A stretch of 64,000 bases of DNA from an uncultured Verrucomicrobiae bacterium. Its GTDB lineage: Bacteria > Verrucomicrobiota > Verrucomicrobiia > Chthoniobacterales > UBA10450. The notes below the pieces were generated by a model, which had not been told where the DNA came from, ran no database searches, and was given only the letters and a program-made list of their open reading frames with translations. The stretch spans positions 544,001-608,000 of the forward strand of contig CAVSDR010000006.1 in NCBI GenBank assembly GCA_963726745.1, in the 5' to 3' direction. Below are positions 41,020 through 51,870 of this stretch, one piece after another. The translations under genes and the position numbers were made by a program. The first letter of the stretch is position 1. Each line of letters starts with the position of its first letter.

Positions 41020-41682
41020 TTGATCCGTCTGTCACTCCGCCTCAGCCTTATCCTCGGCGCGTTCGCCAGCGCCGCCGCCGCGGAGCCAGAATTGGTCGAC
41101 CTGCACACGGTCGACCCGACGATCGTGATCGAGCTGCGCTACGCGAGCGCAAACAACTTCACCGGCCGCCCGCTTTATCCGCCGAACATGCCCGCGCTCG
41201 TCCGGCCAAGCGTAGCCGCCAAGCTGGTCGCCGCGCAAAGCGAACTTCTCCCGCGCGGCTATCGCCTGAAAATTTGGGACGCCTACCGGCCGAAGTCGGT
41301 CCATGACCAGCTCTGGCAGGTCTACCCGAACAAGGATTACGTCGGAAACCCAAACGACGGCATCGGCTCGCTCCACACCTGGGGCGTGGCGGTCGATGCG
41401 ACCATGGTCGACAGCAAAGGCCGCGATGTCACCATGCCGACGGACTTCGACGATTTCACGCCCGCCGCCATGCTCAAATACACCGGCAAGGACCCGATCG
41501 TGAGCCTGCACCTGCACATCCTCCAGCGGGCTATGGCCCGGGCGCAATTCTTCGGGCTGCGCACCGAATGGTGGCACTTCATTTCGCGCGGCTGGACAAA
41601 ATTCCAGCCGATCAAGGAAACGCCGCCCGTGATCGAGCCCGCGCGGCGCGCGGAAGCAGTCGTTAGGCCACCGCAGCGTTGA
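41020..41682 (+). CDS. D-alanyl-D-alanine dipeptidase (peptidase M15D, VanX/DdpX-like), secreted
   Basis: LRYASANNFTG, IWDAYRP, SLHTWGVAVD, EWWHF. Confidence 0.9.
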   Translation: MIRLSLRLSLILGAFASAAAAEPELVDLHTVDPTIVIELRYASANNFTGRPLYPPNMPALVRPSVAAKLVAAQSELLPRGYRLKIWDAYRPKSVHDQLWQVYPNKDYVGNPNDGIGSLHTWGVAVDATMVDSKGRDVTMPTDFDDFTPAAMLKYTGKDPIVSLHLHILQRAMARAQFFGLRTEWWHFISRGWTKFQPIKETPPVIEPARRAEAVVRPPQR

Positions 41683-41693
41683 ACACGTGATCG

Positions 41694-42794
41694 CTAGGCC
41701 GCGACGAGCGCGGCATGCCGGCAAATCCAGCCGCCGCCCAGGACCACATCGCCATCGTAAAAGACCGCCGCCTGTCCCGGCGTGACCGCCTTCTGCGGCT
41801 CGTGTAATTCGATCCGCGCGGTCCCATCTGGTAGCGGATGGAGCGTCGCGCGCGTGCCCGGATGCGCGTAACGGATCTTCACCGTGATCTCGATCGGCTC
41901 CTCGCTTTCCCCGCGGCTGACCCAATTCACCCGATCGATTTCGAACGCTTCCGTGACCAGGTCCTCGGCGCTGCCGACAATCACGCGATTGGTCTGCGGG
42001 TCGATGTCGATCACATAGCGCGGCTGCGCGGAGCCTCCGGGCAAACCTTTGCGCTGACCGATGGTGAACATCTCGATCCCGCCATGCTCGCCGAGAAAAT
42101 TGCCAGCAAGATCATAGATCCCGCCTTCGTGAAATTCTGCCTCGCCGAGATGCGAACGGAGGAACGCCTTGTAGTCATTTCCCGGGACAAAACAAATCTC
42201 CTGGCTGTCGACCTTGTCGGCCACTTTTAAGCCGAGCGTGCGCGCGATCTCACGAATCGCCGGCTTCGACATCGCGCCCAGCGGCGTGAGCGCCCGCCGG
42301 AGTTGTTGCTGGCGCAGGCTAAAAAGAAAATACGACTGGTCCTTTCGCGGATCGGCCCCTTTGCGCAGGACCGCGTGGTCGGCGTGGTGCTCGATGATCG
42401 CGTAATGCCCGGTGGCAATGAAGTCGCAGCCAAGCGCGGCCGCCTTGTCCCAGAGCTTGCCGAACTTCAGCTTCTCGTTGCACATGACGCACGGATTCGG
42501 CGTGCGCCCGGCCTGGTATTCGCTCGAAAAATAATCGATCACCAGCTTCTCGAATTGGTCGGCTTCATCGACCACGTAATGGGGGATGCCTAACGAGTGA
42601 GCGACATTGCGGGCATCGGCTACCGCCTGTGGCCCGCAGCATTTATCCTCCGCACGCGAGATGCAGTCCTGCGGCCAGACTTTCATGGTCACGCCGATGA
42701 CCTCGTAGCCCTGCTCGCGCAGGAGATAGCCGGCGACGCTGGAATCGACGCCGCCACTCATCCCAAGAAGGACGCGCTGTTGGTTGCCTGGCAT
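41694..42794 (-). CDS. mnmA: tRNA 2-thiouridylase MnmA
   Basis: GMSGGVDSSVA, GRTPNPCVMCN, ATGHYA, KDQSYFL, DSQEICF, TIGQRKGL, TPGQAAVFY. Confidence 0.97.
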   Translation of the reverse strand: MPGNQQRVLLGMSGGVDSSVAGYLLREQGYEVIGVTMKVWPQDCISRAEDKCCGPQAVADARNVAHSLGIPHYVVDEADQFEKLVIDYFSSEYQAGRTPNPCVMCNEKLKFGKLWDKAAALGCDFIATGHYAIIEHHADHAVLRKGADPRKDQSYFLFSLRQQQLRRALTPLGAMSKPAIREIARTLGLKVADKVDSQEICFVPGNDYKAFLRSHLGEAEFHEGGIYDLAGNFLGEHGGIEMFTIGQRKGLPGGSAQPRYVIDIDPQTNRVIVGSAEDLVTEAFEIDRVNWVSRGESEEPIEITVKIRYAHPGTRATLHPLPDGTARIELHEPQKAVTPGQAAVFYDGDVVLGGGWICRHAALVAA

Positions 42795-42803
42795 TCGGCG
42801 ACC

Positions 42804-43397
42804 TTACAGCTTCGGGCGGCGGCTTACAAACGGGCTCCCGGCGAGCGTGAAACGCCAGGGCAACTCGGCCGCGCGCGAGATGCCGATGCGCCCGTCGGCC
42901 ACGACCTCAACTTGCTGTCTATTTTTACGCGGAGCGAAGCCATGCCGCGGGTCGGCGCAAAGGTCGCGCTCGTGATCCTGCTGGTTAATCGCGAGCGCCT
43001 GCGTGAGTTTCCCGGGGCCGGAGCAAAGCTTGCGCGGCTCCGCCGTGCCGCGGCGTGCGGCCATGAGTTCGAGGCCGGCGGTCGGCTCGATCGCACGCAC
43101 AAGAATCAAGCCGGTGCGCGGTGCGCCTTTAACCAGGACATTGAGCATCCAATGGACGCCGTAATTGAAATAAATGTAGGCTGTGCCCGGGCCGTTCCGC
43201 TCGACAAAGGCGCGCGCGCTCGGCCGGAAGAAAGTGTGACAAGCCTCGTCGTTCTCGGTCAGATAGGCCTCCGTTTCCACGATCACGCCGCGGCATTCCT
43301 CCCAGAGCAGCGTGGTGCCAATCAGCGCGCGGGCGCACTCCAGCGGATCCTGCTGGAAAAACTTTGCGGGCAGAATCCGCTCCCCGGCCTGGCCCAT
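42804..43397 (-). CDS. mpg: DNA-3-methyladenine glycosylase (MPG/AAG family)
   Basis: GVIVETEAY, AYIYFNYGVHWMLN, LCSGPGKLTQAL, RIGISRA..LPWRF. Confidence 0.93.
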   Translation of the reverse strand: MGQAGERILPAKFFQQDPLECARALIGTTLLWEECRGVIVETEAYLTENDEACHTFFRPSARAFVERNGPGTAYIYFNYGVHWMLNVLVKGAPRTGLILVRAIEPTAGLELMAARRGTAEPRKLCSGPGKLTQALAINQQDHERDLCADPRHGFAPRKNRQQVEVVADGRIGISRAAELPWRFTLAGSPFVSRRPKL

Positions 43398-43405
43398 GCG
43401 CGCGC

Positions 43406-44248
43406 CTATTGCTCGGGCGGCGCGGCCGGCTCGGGCACGATCTTGTAGGCTAAGGGCAGGGTGGTCTCCGAGTCTGCCGGGTCGCCGTTGCGGAAGGCGG
43501 GGATGAACTTCGCGCCCGCGAGATCCTGACGCGCCGCTTCGGCAAACCCGAGCAGCGGCGGCTCTTCACTCACCAGGTCGAGTCCGGTCAGGTTGCCCTT
43601 TGCGTCTACTTTCAACCGCAGGTCGACGACCGCGGTCATGGCGATCGGATTCTCCAACGCCGGCATCTTGAGGCCATTGAATTTCGAGTCCGCCCCGACC
43701 ACGGGCTGCGGCCCGATGAAGTCGCTCGCCTGTTTGATCTCGTCGCCGTCCTGGTTCAGGAAAATGTGGACGTGCGGCGTCCCTTCGGCGGAAAACACGA
43801 CCGTGCCGTAGAGCATCACCTCGACCGGTTGATGCTCGTAAAGTGCCGGGGTGAATTTCGTCTCGTCGAGCTGACGGTTCAGCTCCGCCTCGAGCGCGGT
43901 CGAGCCGGGCATCGCCCGGTAAGTCCAGGTCGATTTCGGGACGCCATCCTTCCCCACCATGGCGGCAAACATGACCGCGCCATCTTTCTGCCCAGCTTTC
44001 AAGAGCGCCTCGCTATCGATTCGATTAACCAGCGAGCTCGGGCCCACGCCGAGGACCGAAGGGCGGAATTGCGGTCGTGCGGAAGGCGCGGTGGATTTCT
44101 CCGATGATGCGCTGGCGGCGGGCGTGGCGCTGGCGCGCGGCGTCGACTTCGGGGCAGGCGAAGCTTTGGCGCCTTTTTGGGCTTCCGCGACCGCCGCCAA
44201 CGAAGTGCAAAGAGTCAAAGTGAGGAGGGAGAAAACGAGACGGCGCAT
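43406..44248 (-). CDS. Secreted protein with two TonB-C-terminal-like segments
   Basis: Signal peptide, Pro/Ala/Ser linker, KFTPALYEHQPV and AKFIPAFRNGDP endings. Confidence 0.6.
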   Translation of the reverse strand: MRRLVFSLLTLTLCTSLAAVAEAQKGAKASPAPKSTPRASATPAASASSEKSTAPSARPQFRPSVLGVGPSSLVNRIDSEALLKAGQKDGAVMFAAMVGKDGVPKSTWTYRAMPGSTALEAELNRQLDETKFTPALYEHQPVEVMLYGTVVFSAEGTPHVHIFLNQDGDEIKQASDFIGPQPVVGADSKFNGLKMPALENPIAMTAVVDLRLKVDAKGNLTGLDLVSEEPPLLGFAEAARQDLAGAKFIPAFRNGDPADSETTLPLAYKIVPEPAAPPEQ

Positions 44249-44307
44249 AGGCGAAAGAAGCAACGCATCGCCCGGCCTTCCGCAACTGCATTCTCCTGCG
44301 CGGCGGC

Positions 44308-44958
44308 CTAGCGGCGGAAGAAACGGTCGAAGGGCGCGAATACCTGGCGCAGCCAGCGTGCACGCAATTCTGCCGCCACGTCTCCCTCGTGCACCGGCCA
44401 CGAAAGCACCGGCCCAGAGAGCGGCACCTGCCCGAGCTCCACGGGCGCAAACGGATCCTTCGCCAGCGTCCCCTGCCGCAGAGTGAAAAGGTCAAAGGCG
44501 TAGGCCTCTTCGGCGTTTGCTTCCGTCCCCGTCCAAAAAATGCAAGGAACGCGCCCGTGTCGTAATTGGACGATGCCGGGGTGCTCGCGAAAAACACCAA
44601 GATAGAGATGGCCGAGCTCGCTACTGGCAGCATCGCGCCCCGCCCGCGGCAGCCGCCATCCGCCCACACCGCGATAGACTAACGAATGCGTCCAGGCGAC
44701 TGCTTCCGGCCAGGTCAACTGCCCGTCCCGCGAGCGGCCGACGGTTTGCGCGTAATTCAAGTCTTGCAGCCAGGTAAGATCGAGCTCGGTGTCGTAGATC
44801 AGGCCCAGGCCGCGATCGACCAAAGGCGGAGGCGGCGGGCGCCAGGCGTCGCCGCGACGCAAAAGCTGCGCAACTCGGGACCAAAGCGTGTCTTTCGTTC
44901 GGCATACGGTCTGCGTCCGATCAGGATTGCCTGCGCAGCCCTGCGGGAGCAATTGCAA
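44308..44958 (-). CDS. DUF1566 (Lcl-C)-like protein; start uncertain
   Basis: LIYDTELDLTWLQD...LTWPEAVAW..SL...GVGGWRLP...ELGHLY. Confidence 0.6.
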   Translation of the reverse strand: MQLLPQGCAGNPDRTQTVCRTKDTLWSRVAQLLRRGDAWRPPPPPLVDRGLGLIYDTELDLTWLQDLNYAQTVGRSRDGQLTWPEAVAWTHSLVYRGVGGWRLPRAGRDAASSELGHLYLGVFREHPGIVQLRHGRVPCIFWTGTEANAEEAYAFDLFTLRQGTLAKDPFAPVELGQVPLSGPVLSWPVHEGDVAAELRARWLRQVFAPFDRFFRR

Positions 44959-44990
44959 ACGCAGCTCGCCGCGCCGACCTTTTCCACTCG

Positions 44991-45347
44991 ATGCGCCTGG
45001 CCTTGCTCGCTTTCCTCTCGCTGGCTGCCGTCACTTCGGCCGCGGCGGCGGAGAAGGCCTGGTATGGTTTTCACATCAAGCCGCAGTTCGAGGGCTTCCC
45101 GCTCAACCCGATTGTGCGGTCGGTCACGATCGACCGGGTGCGCCCAAACTCGCCCGCCACCGCCCATCGCATTCGGGTAGGCGACGAGATCCTGGAGGCG
45201 GAAGGTCGGGTGGTGCCAGGTTCTCGCGCACTCGCCTGGATTTTTCTCCGCTACAAACAGCCAGGCGATTCTCTGCGCCTACGCTTGAAACGGCGGAACG
45301 GCGAGAGCTACACCGCGGTCGTGCAGGGAATCAAGGAGCCTGACTAA
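44991..45347 (+). CDS. Small secreted PDZ-domain protein
   Basis: Signal peptide; IDRVRPNSPA...IRVGDEILEAEG...PGDSLRLRLKR. Confidence 0.75.
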   Translation: MRLALLAFLSLAAVTSAAAAEKAWYGFHIKPQFEGFPLNPIVRSVTIDRVRPNSPATAHRIRVGDEILEAEGRVVPGSRALAWIFLRYKQPGDSLRLRLKRRNGESYTAVVQGIKEPD

Positions 45348-45383
45348 CGAGTGCGAGACCGAACGGGTAATTCCAACGAGACA

Positions 45384-48158
45384 CTAATCCAGTTCATAGA
45401 CTTCGACCAAGGCGTTGCCAGTCGTCTGCGCGTCTCCTCGAACAATCGCCGTGTACGCTCCCGGCAGAAGAGATAGGATGACGGCAGGTTCTCGTTCGTT
45501 CCCCGGGGCTAGTCCGGTCGCTGCAATTTCGCTTTCCTGAGTCGCTCGCCAGTCGTTATTCATCGCAATCACACCTTCGGAATCATGTAATTCCAAGGTG
45601 GGATTTGCCAACACGTTGGGAACACCGGCCTGGCTGAGACTGGGCCCTTGGGCGCGCACGAGGACCCGCTTCTCCCGGGTCCCATTGATGATGAACCCAG
45701 CGATCATCACACTGTCGCCCAAACCGACCGGGCCACGAGTCGAGATATTGACCAAGCCTGGGGTGTGATCGGTATCGACATTGTAAACTTCGAGCAAGCA
45801 GTTGCCGGTGCCGCCGTTTTTCCCTCGCACGATGGCCGTATAGCTTCCCTCGCCGAGGTTGATTAGGAGGCAGCTATCAAGGTCACGCCCGCTCCCGAAG
45901 TGCAGGGACAGCCGGTATACGCCCAGCTCGTTCTGCTCTGCGTAGGTAAGATCGCTGTAGTCGTCGTTATAGGCCACTCGCCGGCCAGCGGAGTCCACTA
46001 TTTCCAAAGTCGGGTCAACCATCCAGTCCGGGACCTGACCCTCTAAAGCAGGACCAAGCGCGCGAATGACCATCCTTCTTGTCCCACCGCGCACGATGAA
46101 GCCACCAATGGGCACGCTGTCACCGCTGCCGCCGGCGAGGCGGGTGGAAATGTTCCTGAACCGCGTTGGAACTCCAGTTGGAAGACCCGAGATCGGAGTG
46201 GCAATAAAAGGTTCGCTTTCCCAATTGTGCCGCCAGCCGATGCCGACGATCTGACCGGCGTTGTTAATTCCGACGGCAGACTGCAGCGCCCAACCATCCC
46301 CGCTGGCATCGAGTAAATCGTTCAGGTCCCGCATCCGGCCATCCAAATAAAGAAAGGCACGCTGCTGCCCACCGTCCTCGAGTTGAAACTGACCAACGAC
46401 TTCGCCCAAGTCATTTAGTCCGAAAGCCGCGCTCCTGGGCGAGTTCCAAGTATCAATGTCGAAGACCTGATTTTCGCTCAGGAAAAAGGCGTGTTCGGAG
46501 TAAAGGTAAACGGGTCTATATGGCATATTGGAATAGCCTGCCAATTGGCCGCTCGCGTTAATCCCAGCTACGCGACAAGCGAAATCGTCCAGCGGAACTC
46601 CTGCCAGATTCGGCAAAAAGGTCATTGCTCCCTCCGGCGACCGCCGAAAAGGCTTACCGTCGGCCACTCCTGCTATTTGCCCGGCATCATTGATTCCTCC
46701 GACCGAAATTGCCATCGTCCCGAGGGTGCCAAAGTCGGTCAGTTGCCCGGCCGTCGTGTCGAAAACATAAAGACCATGTTTCTCGGCCGTGCCCGGATAG
46801 TTCTGATATGCGCCGGCAATAATTCCGGCGGCATTGATCGATGGCGCCGTGGCAGAGATGTTCCCTAACGGGTAGAGAATTCGGCGCCCCGGAAGTTGGA
46901 GGCTCCACGTGATTCGTCTTACTCCGAAATATCCGACATTCACTTCGGCCGCGACCACTCCCGCTTGGTTAACCGCGTTTGCTACCGTCGCCGCGTAATC
47001 GGTCGTATCATAGTAGGTCGCAGTTCTATCCCGCACGGTCACCGCCATATTGCCTGCGGCCCCGGCGATCACTCCTTCGTTGTTGATCGAACGAACCTCG
47101 GTTAGAACTCCATTCGTTAGTTGCTTTAAACTGCGCACGGAATAGGTCCGGCCAGTTCTCGGGGGATCCTCCAGCGCGGTCGCGATCAGAGCTTGCCCGC
47201 CAGCTGGAGCTGAGCCCACGGTGACGAAACGCGAGATGCCGTCGAATGCCACTGCGGTGAGCATTTCGTCACTCCTCGCCAGCGAAGGTAACGGCAACCA
47301 ATAACCGCCTCTTTCCGAAATCCAAGGACGGGCCTGCGCATCCACCGCGACCACGGAGTTTTTGCCGTAGACGATTGCCTGAACATAGCCAGTCCGGCGC
47401 GGATCCTTATCAGCGTAACGATAGGCCAGTCCAGGGCCGGTTTGAACAGAGAAGCCCGCGTCGATCGAGAACCGGGACGGTCCAAGACTGAGCTTGGTTA
47501 CTCCATCAGTCGCCAGAATCGAAACCGGGTTTCCCCAGTGCACCGAATTCCATTCGCGCCCGTCGGTCGAGCTAGCCAGCGGCTGGCCGTAGTAGTTGCT
47601 CCCCACGTAAAATCGGCCGCGAAAGAACATGAATTGTGAGAGCTGATCGGTAAACCAAGGATGCGAGCCAACGACAGTGACTTTTGCGAAATTGATTCCG
47701 TCGTCCGAGGTGATGAACTCGGTCGCGGAGTTCCAATGACCGGTAATGAGGAAATGCCCGTCGCCGAAGGCGATCATGCCGAAAGCATGGGTCGTCTGCG
47801 GCGAACCAGCGGCATCGCGAACTGTCACGGGGCTCCAGGTAATCCCGTCGACGGAAGTAAGCGCTGGACTGTCAATGTTCGCGCGCAGAGCGACGAAGCG
47901 GCCATCTCCGAAAGCGATCGAGGTAAGATTTTCAATCGCTCCGCTCGCTCGTTGCGTCCAGGAAACGCCGTCCAATGAGGTCACAACACTGCCGCTGTCG
48001 CCCACCGCCACCCAAGTTCCGTTACCAAAGGCGACGGCACGCAGAGAGGACGCGAGCCCACTTTCTACTACCTGCCAATGCTCCTGTCCGAAGGCCGCCC
48101 GAGGAGAAAAGCACAGAAAGATGCAGGCGCACGAGATGACTCCGGCCCATCGACGCAT
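45384..48158 (-). CDS. Large secreted protein: beta-propeller-like N-terminus, HAF-type extracellular repeats, tandem 'NISTR' C-terminal domains
   Basis: Signal peptide; VAFGNGTWVAVG repeats; GINDAGQIAG/HAF/RAFLY repeats; two NISTR...GF.....RA.GP.L...PTLE..D...N.DW...PGAYTAIV...LVEVY units; many A/T-ending codons. Confidence 0.8.
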   Translation of the reverse strand: MRRWAGVISCACIFLCFSPRAAFGQEHWQVVESGLASSLRAVAFGNGTWVAVGDSGSVVTSLDGVSWTQRASGAIENLTSIAFGDGRFVALRANIDSPALTSVDGITWSPVTVRDAAGSPQTTHAFGMIAFGDGHFLITGHWNSATEFITSDDGINFAKVTVVGSHPWFTDQLSQFMFFRGRFYVGSNYYGQPLASSTDGREWNSVHWGNPVSILATDGVTKLSLGPSRFSIDAGFSVQTGPGLAYRYADKDPRRTGYVQAIVYGKNSVVAVDAQARPWISERGGYWLPLPSLARSDEMLTAVAFDGISRFVTVGSAPAGGQALIATALEDPPRTGRTYSVRSLKQLTNGVLTEVRSINNEGVIAGAAGNMAVTVRDRTATYYDTTDYAATVANAVNQAGVVAAEVNVGYFGVRRITWSLQLPGRRILYPLGNISATAPSINAAGIIAGAYQNYPGTAEKHGLYVFDTTAGQLTDFGTLGTMAISVGGINDAGQIAGVADGKPFRRSPEGAMTFLPNLAGVPLDDFACRVAGINASGQLAGYSNMPYRPVYLYSEHAFFLSENQVFDIDTWNSPRSAAFGLNDLGEVVGQFQLEDGGQQRAFLYLDGRMRDLNDLLDASGDGWALQSAVGINNAGQIVGIGWRHNWESEPFIATPISGLPTGVPTRFRNISTRLAGGSGDSVPIGGFIVRGGTRRMVIRALGPALEGQVPDWMVDPTLEIVDSAGRRVAYNDDYSDLTYAEQNELGVYRLSLHFGSGRDLDSCLLINLGEGSYTAIVRGKNGGTGNCLLEVYNVDTDHTPGLVNISTRGPVGLGDSVMIAGFIINGTREKRVLVRAQGPSLSQAGVPNVLANPTLELHDSEGVIAMNNDWRATQESEIAATGLAPGNEREPAVILSLLPGAYTAIVRGDAQTTGNALVEVYELD

Positions 48159-48265
48159 GTGCAATCCGCCTTCGCCGAAACGCATTCCGGCAGTAAATCC
48201 TGATCGAGGGGAGGAAGCAAAGCTTATCCCGCTACGCCACTCGCCGACGTAGCCAACTCGACGAC

Positions 48266-51200
48266 CTAAGCCGTGCGCCCGCAGCAGGCCTTGAACTTTT
48301 TCCCGCTGCCGCACGGGCAAGGATCGTTCCGGCCGACCTTCGGCATCTCGCGGCGCAACGGCGCCAGCTCGAGCTTCACTTCGTTGTCGCTCTCGCCATT
48401 CTCCGCGCGGCCGCCGTTCTCGCCGAAAGGCTCGCGCCGCCCGGGCGCGGGACCATCGGCGGTCGGCGCGGTGGGTGCGTGTTCGCGCATGAGGAATTGC
48501 GGGAGCGTCGAGAGAAAGGTCTCGAAAGCCTGCAAGTTCGAGGTGCTGCGGAAGAGATTATGCAGCACTTCGTTCTTAATGTTCGCCATCAACTCGGTGA
48601 ACATGTCGAACGCCTCGGTCTTGTATTCGATCAGCGGATCCTTCTGCGCGTAGCTTCGGAGGTAAACACCCTCGCGCAGCGCATCCATCGCGTAGAGATG
48701 CTCCTGCCAGAGGCGGTCGATCGCGTTCAGGATGATGTAGCGCTCCAGGCCCTTGACCGCGGCCGGCTCTTCGTGGCTCGACTTGCGCTCGTAGCTGTCC
48801 TTTACCTTCTCGATCAGGAACTGCGCGTTCGCTTCCTCGGAGCGGCCTTCGAATTCCGCTTTCTCGCTCGTTAGGCCGAGCGGGAAGGTGGTGTTCACCC
48901 AATGCAGGAGGCCGGCGTAATTCGGCTCGTTGGTTTCGCCGGAAGCGAGCTGCTCCTTGACCTTCGCGGGAATGGCTTCGTCGATCACCTCGTAGATCAG
49001 GCGGCGCGGCTCATCCGTCTCGATCGCGTCGTTGCGCCAGGCGTAGACCACCTCGCGCTGGTTGTTCATCACGTCGTCAAAATCGAGCGTGCGTTTGCGC
49101 GCGAGATAGTTCCGCTGCTCGACCCGCTTTTGTGCGGTCTCGACCGATTTGTTGAGCCACGGATGCTCCAGCTCCTGGCCTTCCTCGAGGCCGAAACGCT
49201 CCATGATCTTGGTCATGCGATCGGCCGCGCCGAAGTTGCGCATCAGATCGTCCTCGAAGCTGACGTAAAAGCGCGAGCCGCCGGGGTCGCCCTGGCGGGC
49301 GCAACGTCCGCGCAGCTGCCGATCGATGCGGCGCGACTCGTGTCGCTCGGTGCCGATGACGAACAAGCCGCCGGCTTCCTGCACGCCCGGCCCGAGCTTA
49401 ATGTCGGTGCCGCGGCCGGCCATGTTCGTCGAGATGGTGACCGTGCCCGCCTGCCCGGCGCGCTGCACGATCTCGGCCTCCTGCCGATGGTATTTCGCAT
49501 TCAGCACATTGTGCGGAATCTTCTCGCGCTTGAGCATGCGCGAGAGCAATTCGCTCGCTTCCACGCTCACCGTGCCCACGAGCACCGGCTGCGACTTCGC
49601 GTGGCGCTCTTTGATTTCGTTGATGACCGCGTTGTATTTCTCGCGGCGCGTTTTGTAGATCCGGTCGTTCTCGTCCTTGCGCGCGATCGGGCGATTCGTC
49701 GGGATCGCGTTCACGTCCAGCTTGTAGATGTCGTGAAACTCCGAGGCCTCGGTCTCGGCGGTGCCGGTCATGCCGGCTAATTTTTGATAGAGCCGGAAGT
49801 AATTCTGGATCGTGATCGTCGCCAGCGTCTGCGTTTCGCGATCGATCTGCACGCCTTCCTTCGCCTCGACCGCCTGGTGCAGGCCATCGCTCCAGCGGCG
49901 GCCCGGCATTTTGCGGCCGGTGTATTCGTCCACGATCACGACCTTGTTTTCCTCGACCACGTACTGCACGTCCTTCTCGAAGAGGCAGTAGGCGCGGAGG
50001 AGCTGGGAGATGTTGTGAATCCGCTCGCCCTGCGCGTCACAAATCCGCTGGCGCTCGGCTTTCTCCTTTTCCTTCTCCTCGTCGGAGAGCGTGCGATTCA
50101 AATCGATCTCGGTGAACTCGCTGATTAAATCCGGGAGCACGAAGGCGTCCGGCTCGTCGGGATTGAGGAAGGCGCGGCCCTGCTCCGAGAGATCGGACTC
50201 GTTCGACTTCTCGTCGATCGTGAAAAAGAGCTCTTCCTTGAGCGCGAAGAGTTCTTCCTTGCGCGAGTCCTGGAAGAACTGGAGCTCGGCCTTGTCCATC
50301 GCCCGGCGTTTCTCCGGGTCTTCCATCATGCGCAGGAGCTGCTTGTTCCGCGGCTGCCCGAGCTTGACCTTGAACATCAGGAGCCCGCCATCTTCGGTTT
50401 TGCCCGCCTCGAAAGCCGCCTTCGCTTCGCTCGCAAAACGGTTCACCAGCATGTTTTGCTTCCGCACGAGCTGCTCGGTCAGCGGCTTCCACTTGTCGTA
50501 TTGGTGCGTCGAGACCGTCGCCGGGCCGCTGATGATCAAAGGCGTGCGCGCTTCGTCGATCAGGATGGAATCGACCTCATCGACGATCGCAAAGTGATAG
50601 CCGCGCTGGACCTGCTGCTCGCGAGTCGTGGCCATGCCGTTGTCGCGCAGGTAATCGAAACCGAACTCCGAGTTCGTCCCGTAGGTGATGTCCATCGCAT
50701 ACTGCTGCCGGCGGACATCGGGCGGCTGATCGTGCTGGATAATGCCTGTCGTTAGGCCGAGGAAACCGTAGAGCTGTCCCATCCACTCGGCGTCGCGCCG
50801 GGCGAGGTAATCATTCACCGTCACCAGGTGCGCGCCGCGGCCGGTGAGAGCATTCAGATAAAGCGGCAAGCGTCGCCACCAGCGTCTTGCCTTCGCCCGT
50901 GGCCATCTCCGCGATCCGCCCGCGATGGAGCACGATCCCGCCGACTAATTGCACGTCGAAATGCACCATCGCCCAGTTCATCGGCTGGTCGCAGACGGTG
51001 AATTCCGCCTGCCGTTCGGTCAGGCGGCGCGCGCCGTTTTTCACCACCGCAAAAGCTTCCGGCAAAATCTCGTCGAGCCGTTTCCAGCGATCGTCTGGGT
51101 CCTCTATGTCCCGCAGCTCGGCCTGCCACTGCGCCGTCTTGGCGCGGAGGTCATCGTCCGAGAGCGACTTGAATTGCTCATCCAATTCGTTGATGCGACG

Positions 51201-51275
51201 GACCACTGGCGCGAGGCGTTTGATCTCGCGCTGATTCTTTGATCCCAGGACTTTCTTTAAGACGAAGCCAACCAT
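48266..51275 (-). CDS. secA: Preprotein translocase subunit SecA; frameshift near 50870
   Basis: [71 protein letters not shown]. Confidence 0.97.
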
Positions 51276-51358
51276 GTGAACGCGGAATATCAGCGAGTTT
51301 CGCGCCTGTCGCAATGCTGGCGCGTTGCCCGCGCGCTTTTCCCGTTTAAGCTCGCGCG

Positions 51359-51772
51359 ATGAAGAAGATCGTCTCCACCACCGAAGCGCCGGCCGCCGTC
51401 GGCCCCTACTCCCAGGCCGTCCGCATCGGCTCCATGCTTTACACCGCCGGGCAGATCCCGCTCGACCCGAAGACCGGCGTGATCGTCAGCGAAGACATCG
51501 CCGAGCAGACCCGCCGGGTGATGGACAATCTCACCGCGATTCTTCACGCCGAAGGCATGACCTTCGACAACATCATCAAGACAACCGTCTTCATGACTGA
51601 CCTCGGCCAGTTCGCGACCATGAACGAGGTCTACGCGAGCTACTTCAAGAGCGAGCCGCCCGCCCGTTCCACTGTCCAGGTCACGGCCTTGCCGAAGGGC
51701 GCGCGCGTCGAGATCGAAGTAATCGCGGTCGCGAACAAGGTCGGCGACAAGACGGTCGATACTTGGGAGTAG
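51359..51772 (+). CDS. RidA/YjgF family reactive intermediate deaminase
   Basis: APAAVGPYSQA, GQIPLDP, MNEVYASYF...PPARS.VQV..LPKGARVEIE. Confidence 0.93.
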   Translation: MKKIVSTTEAPAAVGPYSQAVRIGSMLYTAGQIPLDPKTGVIVSEDIAEQTRRVMDNLTAILHAEGMTFDNIIKTTVFMTDLGQFATMNEVYASYFKSEPPARSTVQVTALPKGARVEIEVIAVANKVGDKTVDTWE

Positions 51773-51774
51773 GA

Positions 51775-51860
51775 GACGAACTAGACAGGATCAACCGGAT
51801 GGACAGGATTTTGCAGGATTACAGAATGCTGAATCCTGTTTAATCCTGTAAATCGTGTCC
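51775..51860. repeat. Intergenic ACAGGAT inverted-repeat element (copy 2)
   Basis: Starts with the same 17-mer GACGAACTAGACAGGAT as 3885-3901; CAGGAT units followed by ATCCTG units form a hairpin. Confidence 0.8.
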
Positions 51861-51870
51861 AAAAAACCGC

